From: Tubulanus polymorphus
Lineage: Eukaryota; Animalia; Nemertea
DNA: 64,000 nucleotides
Assembly (NCBI RefSeq): GCF_964204645.1
Contig: NC_134031.1
Coordinates: 8,742,001 to 8,806,000 of the forward strand
Reading direction: 5' to 3'
The notes below the pieces were generated by a model. That model was not told the origin of the DNA. It did not search any database and saw nothing but the letters and a program-made list of their open reading frames with translations. How positions within the stretch are numbered: the stretch's first letter is position 1; every line of letters begins with the position of its first letter. Both the position numbers and the translations under genes were made by a program. Positions 52,612-63,224 of this stretch are shown here, one piece after another.

Positions 52612-54571
52612 AGAAAATTTTGAAGACGCTTCGATCAATTACATTGATATTTCGTTTATATTTGAATCTACCAAAGGCCCATCAGCATAAGAAAATTGGG
52701 TCGATCTGACTCAAGATGGCCGTCCTATGACCTTTTTAGTGTCCAAAAATGTCAATTTTGGCCAGAATTCTAGGTCCTGTAGCTTCCTACTGGTTTGCCA
52801 TTTCTCATTGCAATTGCTCATGGATATTCTTTAGAGAGGGATGTTTTATACTTGGGACAGGTATTTTTGATCAGCCAATTATGACGCAATTGGCGGCCAT
52901 CTTGGTGTCATCAGTACTCATTCGTAGGTGGGAAAAAGTTTTTCCACAATTAATTGATACCTTAGCATATTGTGTTACTATATTCAATTGGAAAGTTGTA
53001 GCCCATAACGTGTTCTATGATTTTGGTGAGTTTCAAGGTCATTGGTTTTTGTATGTGGCCATCAGGGGGCGTTGAATAATACAATAACTTAGTATCGCTA
53101 TATTATATTTGTACCAAGGCATATTTTGTTACCATGATCAATGGCAAAGTTGTAGTTCGTGACATCGTCTATGATTGTGGTGAGTTTTTAAGGATATTAG
53201 TTATTCCATATAGTCACCAGGGGGCGTTGAATAGTAGAAAAGCTTAGTTTTTCCTTATTAGATTGGTACCTAGGCATATTTTGTTACTATGATCAATTGC
53301 AAAGTTGTCTTTCATGACATGTACTACGATTGTGGTGAGTTTTAAGGTCATTGGGTTTTGCATATGGTCACCAGGGGGCGTTGAATAGTAGAATAACTTA
53401 GTATTTCCATATTAAAGTTTTGAAGACGCTTCAAGGTAATGTCTTGATATTTGGTTTATACATGTATCTACCCTAGACACATCGTCAGCCCAAAAACTGG
53501 CCCTGTCAGATTCAAGATGGCCGACTGGCAGCCATTGTTGTTTGCCAAAATCAGCACTTTTTAAACATTTTCGAAGTTTTCGTGGAAAATTGTGAAGACG
53601 CTTTGATCAATTACCTTGATCTTTCGTTTATATTTGAATCTTCCAAAGGCCCATCAGCATAAGAAAATTGGGTCGATCTGACTCAAGATGGCCGTCCTAT
53701 GACCTTTTTAGTGCCCAAAAATGTCAATTTTGGCCAGAATTCTAGGTCCTGTAGCTTCCTACTGGTTTGCCATTTCTCATTGCAATTGCTGATGGATATT
53801 CTTTAGAGAGGGATGTTTCATACCTGGGACAGGTATTTTTGATCAGCCAATTATGACGCAATTGGCGGCCATCTTGGTGTCATCAGTACTCATTCGTAGG
53901 TGGGAAAAAGTTTTTCCACAATTAATTGATACCTTAGCATATTGTGTTACTATATTCAATTGGAAAGTTGTAGCCCATAACGTGTTCTATGATTTTGGTG
54001 AGTTTCAAGGTCATTGGTTTTTGTATGTGGCCATCAGGGGGCGTTGAATAATACAATAACTTAGTATCGCTATATTATATTTGTACCAAGGCATATTTTG
54101 TTGCCATGATCAATGGCAAAGTTGTAGTTCATGACATCGTCTATGATTGTGGTGAGTTTTTAAGGACATTAGTTACCAGGGGGCGTTGAATAGTAGAAAA
54201 ACTTAAGTTTTTCCTTATTAGATTGGTACCTAGGCATATTTTGTTACTATGATCAATTGCAAAGTTGTATTTCATGACATGTACTACGATTGCGGTGAGT
54301 TTTAAGGTCATTGGGTTTTGCATATGGTCACCAGGGGGCGTTGAATAGTAGAATAACTTAGTATTTCCATATTAAATTGGTAACGAGGCTTATTTTGTTA
54401 TCACAATCAATTACAAAATCATAGCTGCTCACATGTTCTATGATTGTGGTGGGTTTCAAGGTCATGGGATTTTGTATATGGTCACTAGAGGGCGTTATGT
54501 ATTGAAATTGTTAGATTGTTGAGCATTTGAAACCACTGCCCAAGTGAGCATGGTGTCCCTGGACCCCTAGT
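52612..54571 (+). repeat. Internally duplicated HINE-family block inserted in the satellite
   Basis: 52612-53415 is repeated at about 53584-54375. The block ends CCCAAGTGAGCATGGTGTCCCTGGACCCCTAG, after which the satellite continues. Confidence 0.75.
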
Positions 54572-54766
54572 TTGGTTTTGTCGCCCGTGACAATTCAATA
54601 TTTCGGTTTTGTCACCCGCGACAATTCATAATTTTGGTTTTGTCGCCCGTGGTTTTGTCGGAACATTAAGTTTTTGGTCGAACAGTGTGTTAAGGTTGTT
54701 TTGGAAATTTACTCGGTCTGGTATATTTTGGATTACTGTGTATGTCATTTGTCAGGACATTAAACA

Positions 54767-55167
54767 GAAGACGACTTAGGATACTACCTTGCGTGACTCC
54801 ACTAGTTAGACCGTCTCATTCCAAGATGAGGCGTTCCGTTGATTTCGGTTACAAGTTTCCGTTCAGAGATAACTGCTGTGCCATTTGGGCGACCTATCAT
54901 TGATACTGTTTCCTAATAGCCTGTTCAGTAATGGCTGATGTTGAGCCTTATCAAATGCTTTGTTGAAATCCACCGTTGAACAGGATTCTAAGACTGTGCA
55001 GAAAACCCGTTATCGCTGCTTTGCAGCTATATTTATTATTATTATTTTCTTCCACACTATTTTTACCAAAAGAACATAGGCTTTGTTACCTTACCGCTGT
55101 TTCATATACAATCCATATAATATCGTTCAGCTCACTGAGATCTACAAATAGCCCGCGTGTTTTTTCA
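54767..55167. repeat. Mosaic of a CR1-like RT fragment (54767-55030) and a copy of 49770-49895 (55031-55167)
   Basis: GAAGACGACTTAGGATACTACCTTG matches 39217 onward; TTTTCTTCCACACTATTTTTACC...GCCCGCGTGTTTTTTC matches 49773 onward. Confidence 0.75.
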
Positions 55168-56551
55168 ATTTGGTTGCATTGGATTTTTAGATTCTTATAG
55201 ATTTCTAGCAAGTTCATTAGATAATTTATCAAAAAGTTTAGTTGATAATGATTTTATAATAACTCGATATTATCCAAATGACCAAGATTTTAAATTATTG
55301 AGATATAAAGGTGCAATTCCTTATTCATTTTATAAAACGCACAATGATTTTAATGTAACAGAATAATTAAAAGATCAATTTTATGATCAATTAAAAGAGG
55401 AGTATGTGAAAGACGAAGTGTTTAATAGATCATTAAATATTTGGAACCATTTTAAGATAAAAATTCATGGTGAATTAGTTGATTTATATTTAAAATCAGA
55501 TGTTATGATATTGGCTGACATATTTGAAAAATTTAGAGAAGTTAATTTGAATCATTTTAATGTTGATCCTTGTTATTGCTACTCTAGTCCTGGTTTAACC
55601 TGGCAATGTGGTTTAAAATATACAAATGTAGAATTAGATTTATTAAAAGAACCAGATATGGTTTTATTATTTGAAAAATCAATTAGAGGTGGAATTAGTG
55701 GTGTTATGGGAGATAGATATTTTAAAGCAAATGATGAATATAAATTATTATATATTGACGCCAATAATTTATATGGTTGGGCAATGATGCAACCTCAACC
55801 ATATAAAAATTTTATATTAACAGAAGTTGAAAATGATGATAAAACTAATTGGGAAAGCGCAATTATGAGTTTAGAAGATGAAGCACCAATTGGTTATTTC
55901 TTTGTAGTTGATTTAGAATATCCTGAAAATATAAAGTTTAAAACAAGAAACTTACCTTATTGCCCAGAACATTTAACTGTAGATGATAGTTATTTAAGTG
56001 AATACCAGAAGAAAATAAAACCGAAAGATCATGTTTTTACAGAAAAATTAATACTTACTCAAAATAATAAATACAATTATATTGTTCATTATAGAATGTT
56101 AAAATTTTATCTAAAACAAGGAATGAAATTAAAGAAAGTACATATATATATTGAATTTAATCAATCGAAGTGGTTAGAAAAATATATAGATTTTAATACT
56201 CAACAGAGAACCATATCAAAAACAGATTTTGAAAAAGATTTCTTCAAATTAATGAATAATAGTTTTTATGGTAAAACATGTGAAAATATTATAAATAGAA
56301 ATGATATTGAATTAGTAAATAATTCTGAAAGATTAAGACATTTACAATCAAGTCCTAGACATTTAGGAAATAAAAGATTTGAAGATTATCTAACAGCAGT
56401 TAAATTAAAAAGAACTTCAATGAAATTTAATAAACCAATATTTATAGGTTCAACTGTTTTAGAAATATCAAAATTATTAATGTATGATTTTTATTATAAT
56501 GTTTTACAACCACTTTTTGGGGAAAAGCATATTGAAATATTATATTTTGAT
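55168..56551 (+). pseudogene. Protein-primed family B DNA polymerase (N-extein; N- and C-termini missing)
   Basis: One frame through a TAA at 55364: FLDSYRFLASSLDNL, KGAIPY, ExoIII LYLKSDVMILADIFEKFR, SIRGG, motif A YIDANNLYGWAM, motif B KLMNNSFYGK, KPIFIG, then motif C broken at ILYFD. Confidence 0.93.
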
Positions 56552-57195
56552 TCTGTAACAGCTGACACCCCAATATTATTAAAATGTAATAATAAAATAT
56601 TGGTAAGAAGAATTTCAGAAATAATTCCAAAACAAAATGAATGTTATATTTTATATGGTGAAAAAGAATTAATACAAATAAATGGATTAATGGATGTTTG
56701 GACAAGAAATGGATGGAAAAAATTAAAGAATATTATTAGGCATAAAACAAATAAGAAAATCTATAGAGTTAGAACTAAATTAGGATTTGTAGATGTTACA
56801 GAAGATCATAGTTTAATTAAACGAAATGGTGATGAAATAAAACCAACTGATATAAAAATTGGAGATTAATTATTACATAAAAGATTTTTCCAAAGGATGA
56901 ATCATATGTCATTTGATGAAATTATTGATAGTATTTATAACATAGAACCCGAAACATTAGAAGAAAAAGAATATTTTATCAAAGGATTTTTCATGGGTGA
57001 TGGTTCAGCAGGTGTGTATAATTATGTTTGGGGTAATAAATATTGTTGGTATTTATGCAAGACTTAAAATTATTAGACAGAATTAAGAAATTCTGTGAAG
57101 AAGTTTATCCAAATAAAACATGGATGTTATGAAATCATCAGCAGTTTATAGAATACTTGTAAATAATCCTAAAGATTTTGCTATAAAATATATAT
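56552..57195 (+). mobile_element. Intein (Hint N-terminal domain plus LAGLIDADG homing endonuclease), degraded and C-terminally deleted
   Basis: Starts SVTADTPILLK immediately after YFD. Block B: VDVTEDHSL (TxxH at 56798-56809). Then IKIGD*LLH, and in-frame FIKGFFMGDGSAG (KGFFMGDGS at 56981-57007). After frameshifts: QDLKLLDRIKKFCEEVYP and DVMKSSAVYRIL. Confidence 0.88.
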
Positions 57196-58035
57196 ATTCT
57201 GGTGTATGATCTTCTATAGAAAATGTTTTAAAAATTTCATCTAGATAATTTAATTTTGGATCTATGAGAAAATTTCTAGTTTTATCTTCACTCCATAAAT
57301 TCTTTTGCCATCCACATTCATTACAAAATAACACAGTACCTTCTTGTCTTAAGGTTGCATAACTACATTATGGACATTTTCGTTTATAATTTATTGGTAA
57401 TAGATCTTCATTAAGCTCTTGGTATTTTCTTACGTTTTCTTTATGTTTTATTGTTCTATTATGTAGATTTGAATTACTTGTTGTAATAATCAATTTACAA
57501 TATTTACAATAATATGTTTTTCTTGTTAATTCATTATATTGTTTTTCTAACTTTTCAACTGTTTCTTTATTATCTGGTAACGTTTTCTCATATTTTATTT
57601 TTCTAATAAATTATTTTTTCTTTCATTGAATTCAGTTTCAAATTTATTAGAAATTTTATCTATATGTGCTTTACGAAATTGATGATTCTCCCAATCTTCT
57701 ATATTTTCAGGGCTATATTTTATTCGACAAGGCTCACAGAAATGATATTTTATATTATCCTTGTCATAGAATAAGAAAGGTCTTTTCCAAATAACTTCAG
57801 GTTCAACTTCAACAGAATTACTATTACTTTCGTTACTATCAACATTAACTGTTGCGCCATTAATTTTACACTTCTCTGAATGTTTTTTAACATAATTTCT
57901 TGAGAATAATTTATTACATTTTGGACAGTTTATTTTAGGGGGTTTATAATTTTCATCATGTTTTTTCATATGTCGAGCCATATTACTTTTTCTTAGAAGT
58001 TCACCACAAATTTCACATCGTATCTTCTCATCCAT
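57195..58035 (-). pseudogene. Viral multi-zinc-finger protein (four C2H2-like fingers plus a C4 ribbon)
   Basis: CEIC..H..H, CPKC..H..C and CEPC..H..H. After a frameshift near 57597: CKYC..H..H, then CP*C-x11-CNECG (stop at 57368-57370), continuing into ORF 57146-57334. Confidence 0.7.
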
Positions 58036-58104
58036 TTATTAAGGAAAAATTTTATTAAAATTAATTTTTAGTGATGAGCGGTAATTTTTTTTATGTTATA
58101 AATA

Positions 58105-58863
58105 ATGGTAGAATTAAAAGAATACAGAATATTTGTTGATTCTAGAAAACTTACAAATTATAAATCACATAATTTACTAGTACAATTAGATAGAGAATTT
58201 AAGAATTGTGTTGATTTAAAATTAGTTAATATAAGTTTATGTAACTCATTTTACAATATATCGGATAAAAGTCTAGAACATTTGATTTTTTCAATCTTTT
58301 ACAAAAAAATGAATGAATGGTATTTTATATATTTAAAACCAGGATTATATAATTTAGATACATTAGCACAAGAAATTAATTGAAAAGCTCGAGCTAAATT
58401 AGGAAGTGATTCCGGATTTAGTATTAGAATTTTAAAAAGTGATAGTTCTAATAAAATAAAGATTAGGTTAGATAATAACGAACAATTTAAATTTACAGTA
58501 AGAAAACCTTTAGCTAAACTGTTAGGAATTAACCCAAATATTGTTACAGCACACGCAGAAGGTAAATCAAACTTAATACCTTTTACACATTTTTATATTT
58601 ATTGCAATTTGATTGACCCAACAAAAACATTTGAAGCAACTAAAGATACAATTTGTAATTCTGGTTTATTAAATATTTTACCATTAAAAAATGTTAAACA
58701 ATTTGGAACTCAAATAAATTATAATTTAACTGAATGTGATTTCAAACCTTGTATTCCACGTTTCAATAATTTTAAATTAGAAATAAGAAATTACAATGGA
58801 TATTTAATTGATTTGAATAACTTTCCTGTAATTTTTGAATTAGTTATAAGATGTAGAGAGTAA
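58105..58863 (+). pseudogene. Minor capsid (penton, single jelly-roll) protein with one internal stop
   Basis: ORFs 58105 and 58609 are one frame across a TGA at 58381. Polinton penton-like motifs: NSFYNIS, PGLYN, LAKLLG, YIYCNLI, IRNYNGYLIDLNNFPVIFEL. Confidence 0.75.
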
Positions 58864-58878
58864 TTTTTCATTATATAA

Positions 58879-59235
58879 ATGAATATAACTGTTGGGCCGA
58901 GCATATGTTTTGGATTTGATTTTAAACGTGAGAAAGAAATGAAATTTAACATTAATGATGTAATTACACATATCAAAAATATTACATTTTCTAATGAAAC
59001 AACATTTGAGTATGAAACAACAATAGATAAAGAAACTTTTAATGTAGAAAAGATTACTAATTTAATTAGAGAATCTTTAATATTTTATGAATTAGATGAA
59101 GATTTTATCATCGATGATATTAAAAAAATAATAATTGAAATATATACAAATGAAACTAGTAATGAAATAAATGTTGAAATAATCATCACTAAGATAACTA
59201 AATATTTTGAAGATAGTAATTTTTTTGATAAATAA
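58879..59235 (+). CDS. Viral hypothetical protein, acidic, 118 aa
   Basis: Intact ORF preceded by the shared TAAATG motif. Confidence 0.65.
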   Translation: MNITVGPSICFGFDFKREKEMKFNINDVITHIKNITFSNETTFEYETTIDKETFNVEKITNLIRESLIFYELDEDFIIDDIKKIIIEIYTNETSNEINVEIIITKITKYFEDSNFFDK

Positions 59236-59457
59236 ATGAGTGATAATAAGTGGATAATAACTGGATTATATAATGGAGCATTACTATCAGTTGGAACTGT
59301 TGGTTATTCAATGGTATTAAAAAAAGTATTCAAAATGGGAAGTGTTAATGTTGATAGATTTGATATAAATGATATTTTAAAGTTAACATTAGCAGTTACT
59401 TTATCTAATTTAACTATTGATTATTTGGAAAAACAAAAATATATTCCTCCCATATAA
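59236..59457 (+). CDS. Small hydrophobic viral protein, 73 aa
   Basis: Intact ORF abutting the previous stop (TAA ATG); two moderately hydrophobic stretches. Confidence 0.7.
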   Translation: MSDNKWIITGLYNGALLSVGTVGYSMVLKKVFKMGSVNVDRFDINDILKLTLAVTLSNLTIDYLEKQKYIPPI

Positions 59458-59481
59458 ATGCATAATTTTTTTGCTAAATAA

Positions 59482-59904
59482 ATGGCTTCTGCAATTATAA
59501 CTATTATAGGATCGGCAATTGTTAACGCTTTTGCATTTGCTGGTGGTGGTTATTTATTTAAACATATTGATAAAAATGGATCATTAACAGAACAAAAAAG
59601 ACATAACTTAGCATTAGAGAAATATGATAAAGCTGCAGAAGAATATAGAGAAAAGAGACAAAACTATATGGATTACATCAATAAAGAATTAATTGATCAT
59701 AATATTTCACATAGAGATTTTCTATCAGTTGATGATGCAATGAGTTTATTTAACGCGGTAACCAATAAAGAAAAATTACATCTATACAAACCTAAATTAT
59801 CAGATTATTATACCCCAAGTAAAGAACAACAGAAATATGAAATAATATGGATTTTAGGCGGAACTGTTATTGTTATATTTGTCGCTTATAAATTTACTAA
59901 TTAG
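59482..59904 (+). CDS. Viral protein with hydrophobic N-terminus, helical middle and C-terminal TM, 140 aa
   Basis: MASAIITIIGSAIVNAFAFAGGGYLF..EQKRHNLALEKY..IIWILGGTVIVIFVAY; motif upstream. Confidence 0.75.
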   Translation: MASAIITIIGSAIVNAFAFAGGGYLFKHIDKNGSLTEQKRHNLALEKYDKAAEEYREKRQNYMDYINKELIDHNISHRDFLSVDDAMSLFNAVTNKEKLHLYKPKLSDYYTPSKEQQKYEIIWILGGTVIVIFVAYKFTN

Positions 59905-59923
59905 TAATTTTTTTTCTAAATAA

Positions 59924-60358
59924 ATGGATGATAAAGTTGATAATATTGATATTATTCCTCATGATATAAATAAAACTAAATTAAAAATATATTTAGAAAA
60001 ACAAATATTAGAATTTGAAAGTGACTTAAAGATAAAAAAGAAAAAATATCTAAAAAGTAAAATTATATTTTATTTGATTATAAGTGGTTCGGTTACAATT
60101 AGTTCTGTAATAACATTTCTAGCAATATTCAGTCCTTTAACACCTTTAGCTATATCAATTGGTGTATTAGGATTAAGTTCAAGTGTTTTAACCGGTATAA
60201 GTTCAAAATTAAATATAAAAAGTAATAAAGAAAAAATTAAAACTAATATAAAAGAAATTTATAAATTGAAGAATACACTAGATTATATAATAAGTTTAAA
60301 TGGTCATATAACAGTTGAAGAACAAGATAAATTATTAAAAGAATTAATAGATTATTAA
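59924..60358 (+). CDS. Viral two-TM protein flanked by coiled-coil-like segments, 144 aa
   Basis: IIFYLIISGSVTISSVITFLAIF and LAISIGVLGLSSSVLTGIS; motif upstream. Confidence 0.7.
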   Translation: MDDKVDNIDIIPHDINKTKLKIYLEKQILEFESDLKIKKKKYLKSKIIFYLIISGSVTISSVITFLAIFSPLTPLAISIGVLGLSSSVLTGISSKLNIKSNKEKIKTNIKEIYKLKNTLDYIISLNGHITVEEQDKLLKELIDY

Positions 60359-60374
60359 TTTTTTTATGATATAA

Positions 60375-61763
60375 ATGGTAGATAGTTTTCCAAAAGCTTT
60401 CCGATATAATAAATCAATTAAATATAATATTCCTGCAATAGATTTTAATAAAGATATTACATATAGAAATGAAGTTTTAGATTCATTAACTAATTTAGAA
60501 ATTTATGTTACTGAAACTAATAATTTTAATGCAAAGATGGAAAATATATTTCATGTATATTTAATTGATTTTAAAAAATTGAAAGATGAAAAACAATGGT
60601 TATTAAAATCTAATATGAAGTATTGGCAGAACCAATTAAATTTAGCTGTTTATTGTGCAACAACAGGTTGTGGAATTAGTTGGAATGATCATTTGAATAA
60701 TTCTAAATATAATTTAATTCAAAGTTTATTTAGATTTCATACATACTTTCAAATAAGATTAATATTAAATGAATTAGAGTGTCCTTAACCAGGGTCTAGG
60801 TATTTTAAAGAATTAGATAATAATATTAATTTGTCAAAGTTTTATAAAATTTGTAATGAATTTAATATAGATATAAATAATTCTGATTTTAGAACGAAAA
60901 TTGGAACAATAAGATCACTTCCTTGCCCTAAAAAGATTGCAGAATATTGTGCACTTCCCATACCATCTAATAGTTTTTATAATATCTATAATAATAAATT
61001 AGGTTATGGTAAAATAGAAACTAAGGATTTAGAAACATTAAATTTCAATAAATTACCGACATTTAATGATAATTTAAAACAAGAAAACAATAATGGTTGG
61101 GTTTATTTCATTTTAGAAAATAGTGAAGGTTTTACTAAATCAGGTATAGAAAGAATAAATCAATCTATTAGAACTTATTTGATATGTATTTTAGGTGCGC
61201 AAGTTGAAACAAGATCCCCAATAATTGGAAATTTAAATACATCATTTGATACACAGAAACCTTTCAAAGTATTATTTGAAGATTCAATTCATAATGATAA
61301 AAATAGATCGATTCCGGAAAACATTGTAAGATATCAAAATTATTTAGATAAATCTCATGTAAGACTAAATTATTGCATAGGCCCTAATCTATTAATTATT
61401 TCTAATGATTTAGTATTAAAGATGGGAAACATAATTGGTTACAATAATCTAATTAAAACTGCAACAATAAATAATTCATTTGGATTGAATGATATAAATA
61501 AAAAGATAATTACTGCTCCAAAATTAATGGAAGGTGAAAAAAATAAAAAACATATTCAATCAACTGAAACTAAAACTAATAATATTAAATTAAATAATGA
61601 TTCTAAAATAAAAGATTACAATACATCAGAAAATATTAAAACCGATAAAATTCAACATGAAATAATTAAACTAAATGATGATAATAAATCCCATGAAAAT
61701 ACTAAATTAGCTTTAACTTGTATAGGAATTGTTATAAGAGGATTATTATATTTTAAATTTTAA
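60375..61763 (+). pseudogene. Viral protein of about 460 aa with C-terminal TM and one internal stop
   Basis: ORFs 60375 and 60831 are one frame across a TAA at 60786 (ECP*PG). Contains WQNQLNLAVYCATTGCGIS and ends LALTCIGIVIRGLLYF. Confidence 0.75.
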
Positions 61764-61779
61764 TTTTTTTATTATATAA

Positions 61780-63204
61780 ATGGATGTAGAAGGTGGAGAA
61801 GATATTGGAATGGATCCTTTTGATGAACCTGGTATAAGTGATGAACAACCACCTGATTTTGATGAAACAAGTTTTAATGACGGTAATGAGCCAGGATATA
61901 ATAATAATTTAAATATGCCTGATTATATTAAAAATGCAGAATCACAATTAAATCCTGAAAATTTAAACAGTTTAGTAAAACAAGATTTAGATAATTTAAA
62001 CAAAATACCCAAATTAGAACGTATAATTGAAAATTCTAAACTTAACATAAATGATGAAGACGTTGGTCTTTAAGCATATCAATTAAAATTTTTAGATAAT
62101 GGTAAATGTTATTATCGTTTGAAAGGTGATTATTATATTGATATCACTTCTAAAAATAATAAAAAAATTATAGCGGAATCAACTTTGAAAAGTTTAAAAC
62201 CAGATAAAATTAAAATAATAAGTAATAGTAATGAAATAACTGATGTTACACAAAAAGAAATAGATGATAATATAGACGTATTTAAACAAAGAATTAATGA
62301 ATTATTTGAAACAATCAAAAAGAAATCAGAAACAGAAACAACTTCTGAACAGAATATAACTTCCAAAAATAGTAAACTTAAATCAAATAAAGTTCCAATT
62401 GAAAAACTTTTACCGAATGGATTAATTGATGCAACAGATCAACAATTAGAAGATTTAAATATATTTTCTGATGAAGCAATTAGAGAAATTATTAGTATAA
62501 GAAATGCATCCGATAAAATTGCGCATGAAAAAGAAATAAGAGATTTTAAAATTAGATTTTTAGAAAAAGAATTAACTGATAAAAATAAAGAAATAGAACA
62601 ACTAAAGTCTGATTTAGATCATCAAGTAATTGATGAAATAGAGTATAGGCAAAAAGAATAACGATTAGAAAAAGAAATTAATAATTTAAAAGATAATTTA
62701 GAAGTACAGAAAGAAGAAATTAAATTATTATTAAAATCATATGATTATGATATTAATAGATTAAAAGTTATTTTTAAAGATTTATTGATAAAACCAAATT
62801 CTGAAATATCATTGAAAGATAGAATAAAATTATTATTTAAGTTAGAAGGAATAACAATTTTTTCAATTCTAACAGCTGTAACTATGATATTTACAACAAT
62901 TGGTTTAGCAATATCAAATGCTTTGAAATCTACTCCTACTCCCAATAAACCAGATAAACCCCCAGATAATAATTCTGTACAAGATAAAGTTAAAGATGGT
63001 TTAAAGAAATTAGCAAAATATTTATGGGAACTATCTAAAAAATCTGCTGCAGCTTTACCAGGAATTATTGCATCAATTGTTGGTTTTATATTGAAATCTG
63101 CAGGTAATATTCTTAACTTTGCTGCTGAACATATTATTTTATTTTTAATTACAGTTGTAAGTGCTATTATTTTTGGGCTAGTGAATATGATTAAAAATAA
63201 ATAA
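61780..63204 (+). pseudogene. Viral protein of about 470 aa (acidic N-terminus, coiled coil, hydrophobic C-terminal helices) with two internal stops
   Basis: ORFs 61780, 62119 and 62785 are one frame across TAA at 62071 and 62659. C-terminus: GITIFSILTAVTMIFTTIGLAI..LPGIIASIVGFIL..IILFLITVVSAIIFGLV. Confidence 0.75.
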
Positions 63205-63224
63205 TCAATTTTTTTGTTAAATAA

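Noticed and set aside
50767-52709. Long ORFs (up to 346 aa) in several frames
   Set aside because: They are translations of a stop-poor 31-bp satellite; the same peptides cycle through all three frames.
52749-54323. Repeated short ORFs (MTQLAAILVSSVLIRRW...) suggesting a gene family
   Set aside because: They lie within copies of the non-coding HINE-like repeat, and the frames are not conserved between copies.
56552-56869. Hedgehog-type Hint domain of host origin
   Set aside because: The domain starts with Ser exactly inside polymerase motif C and is followed in frame by a LAGLIDADG motif, which is the layout of a true intein.
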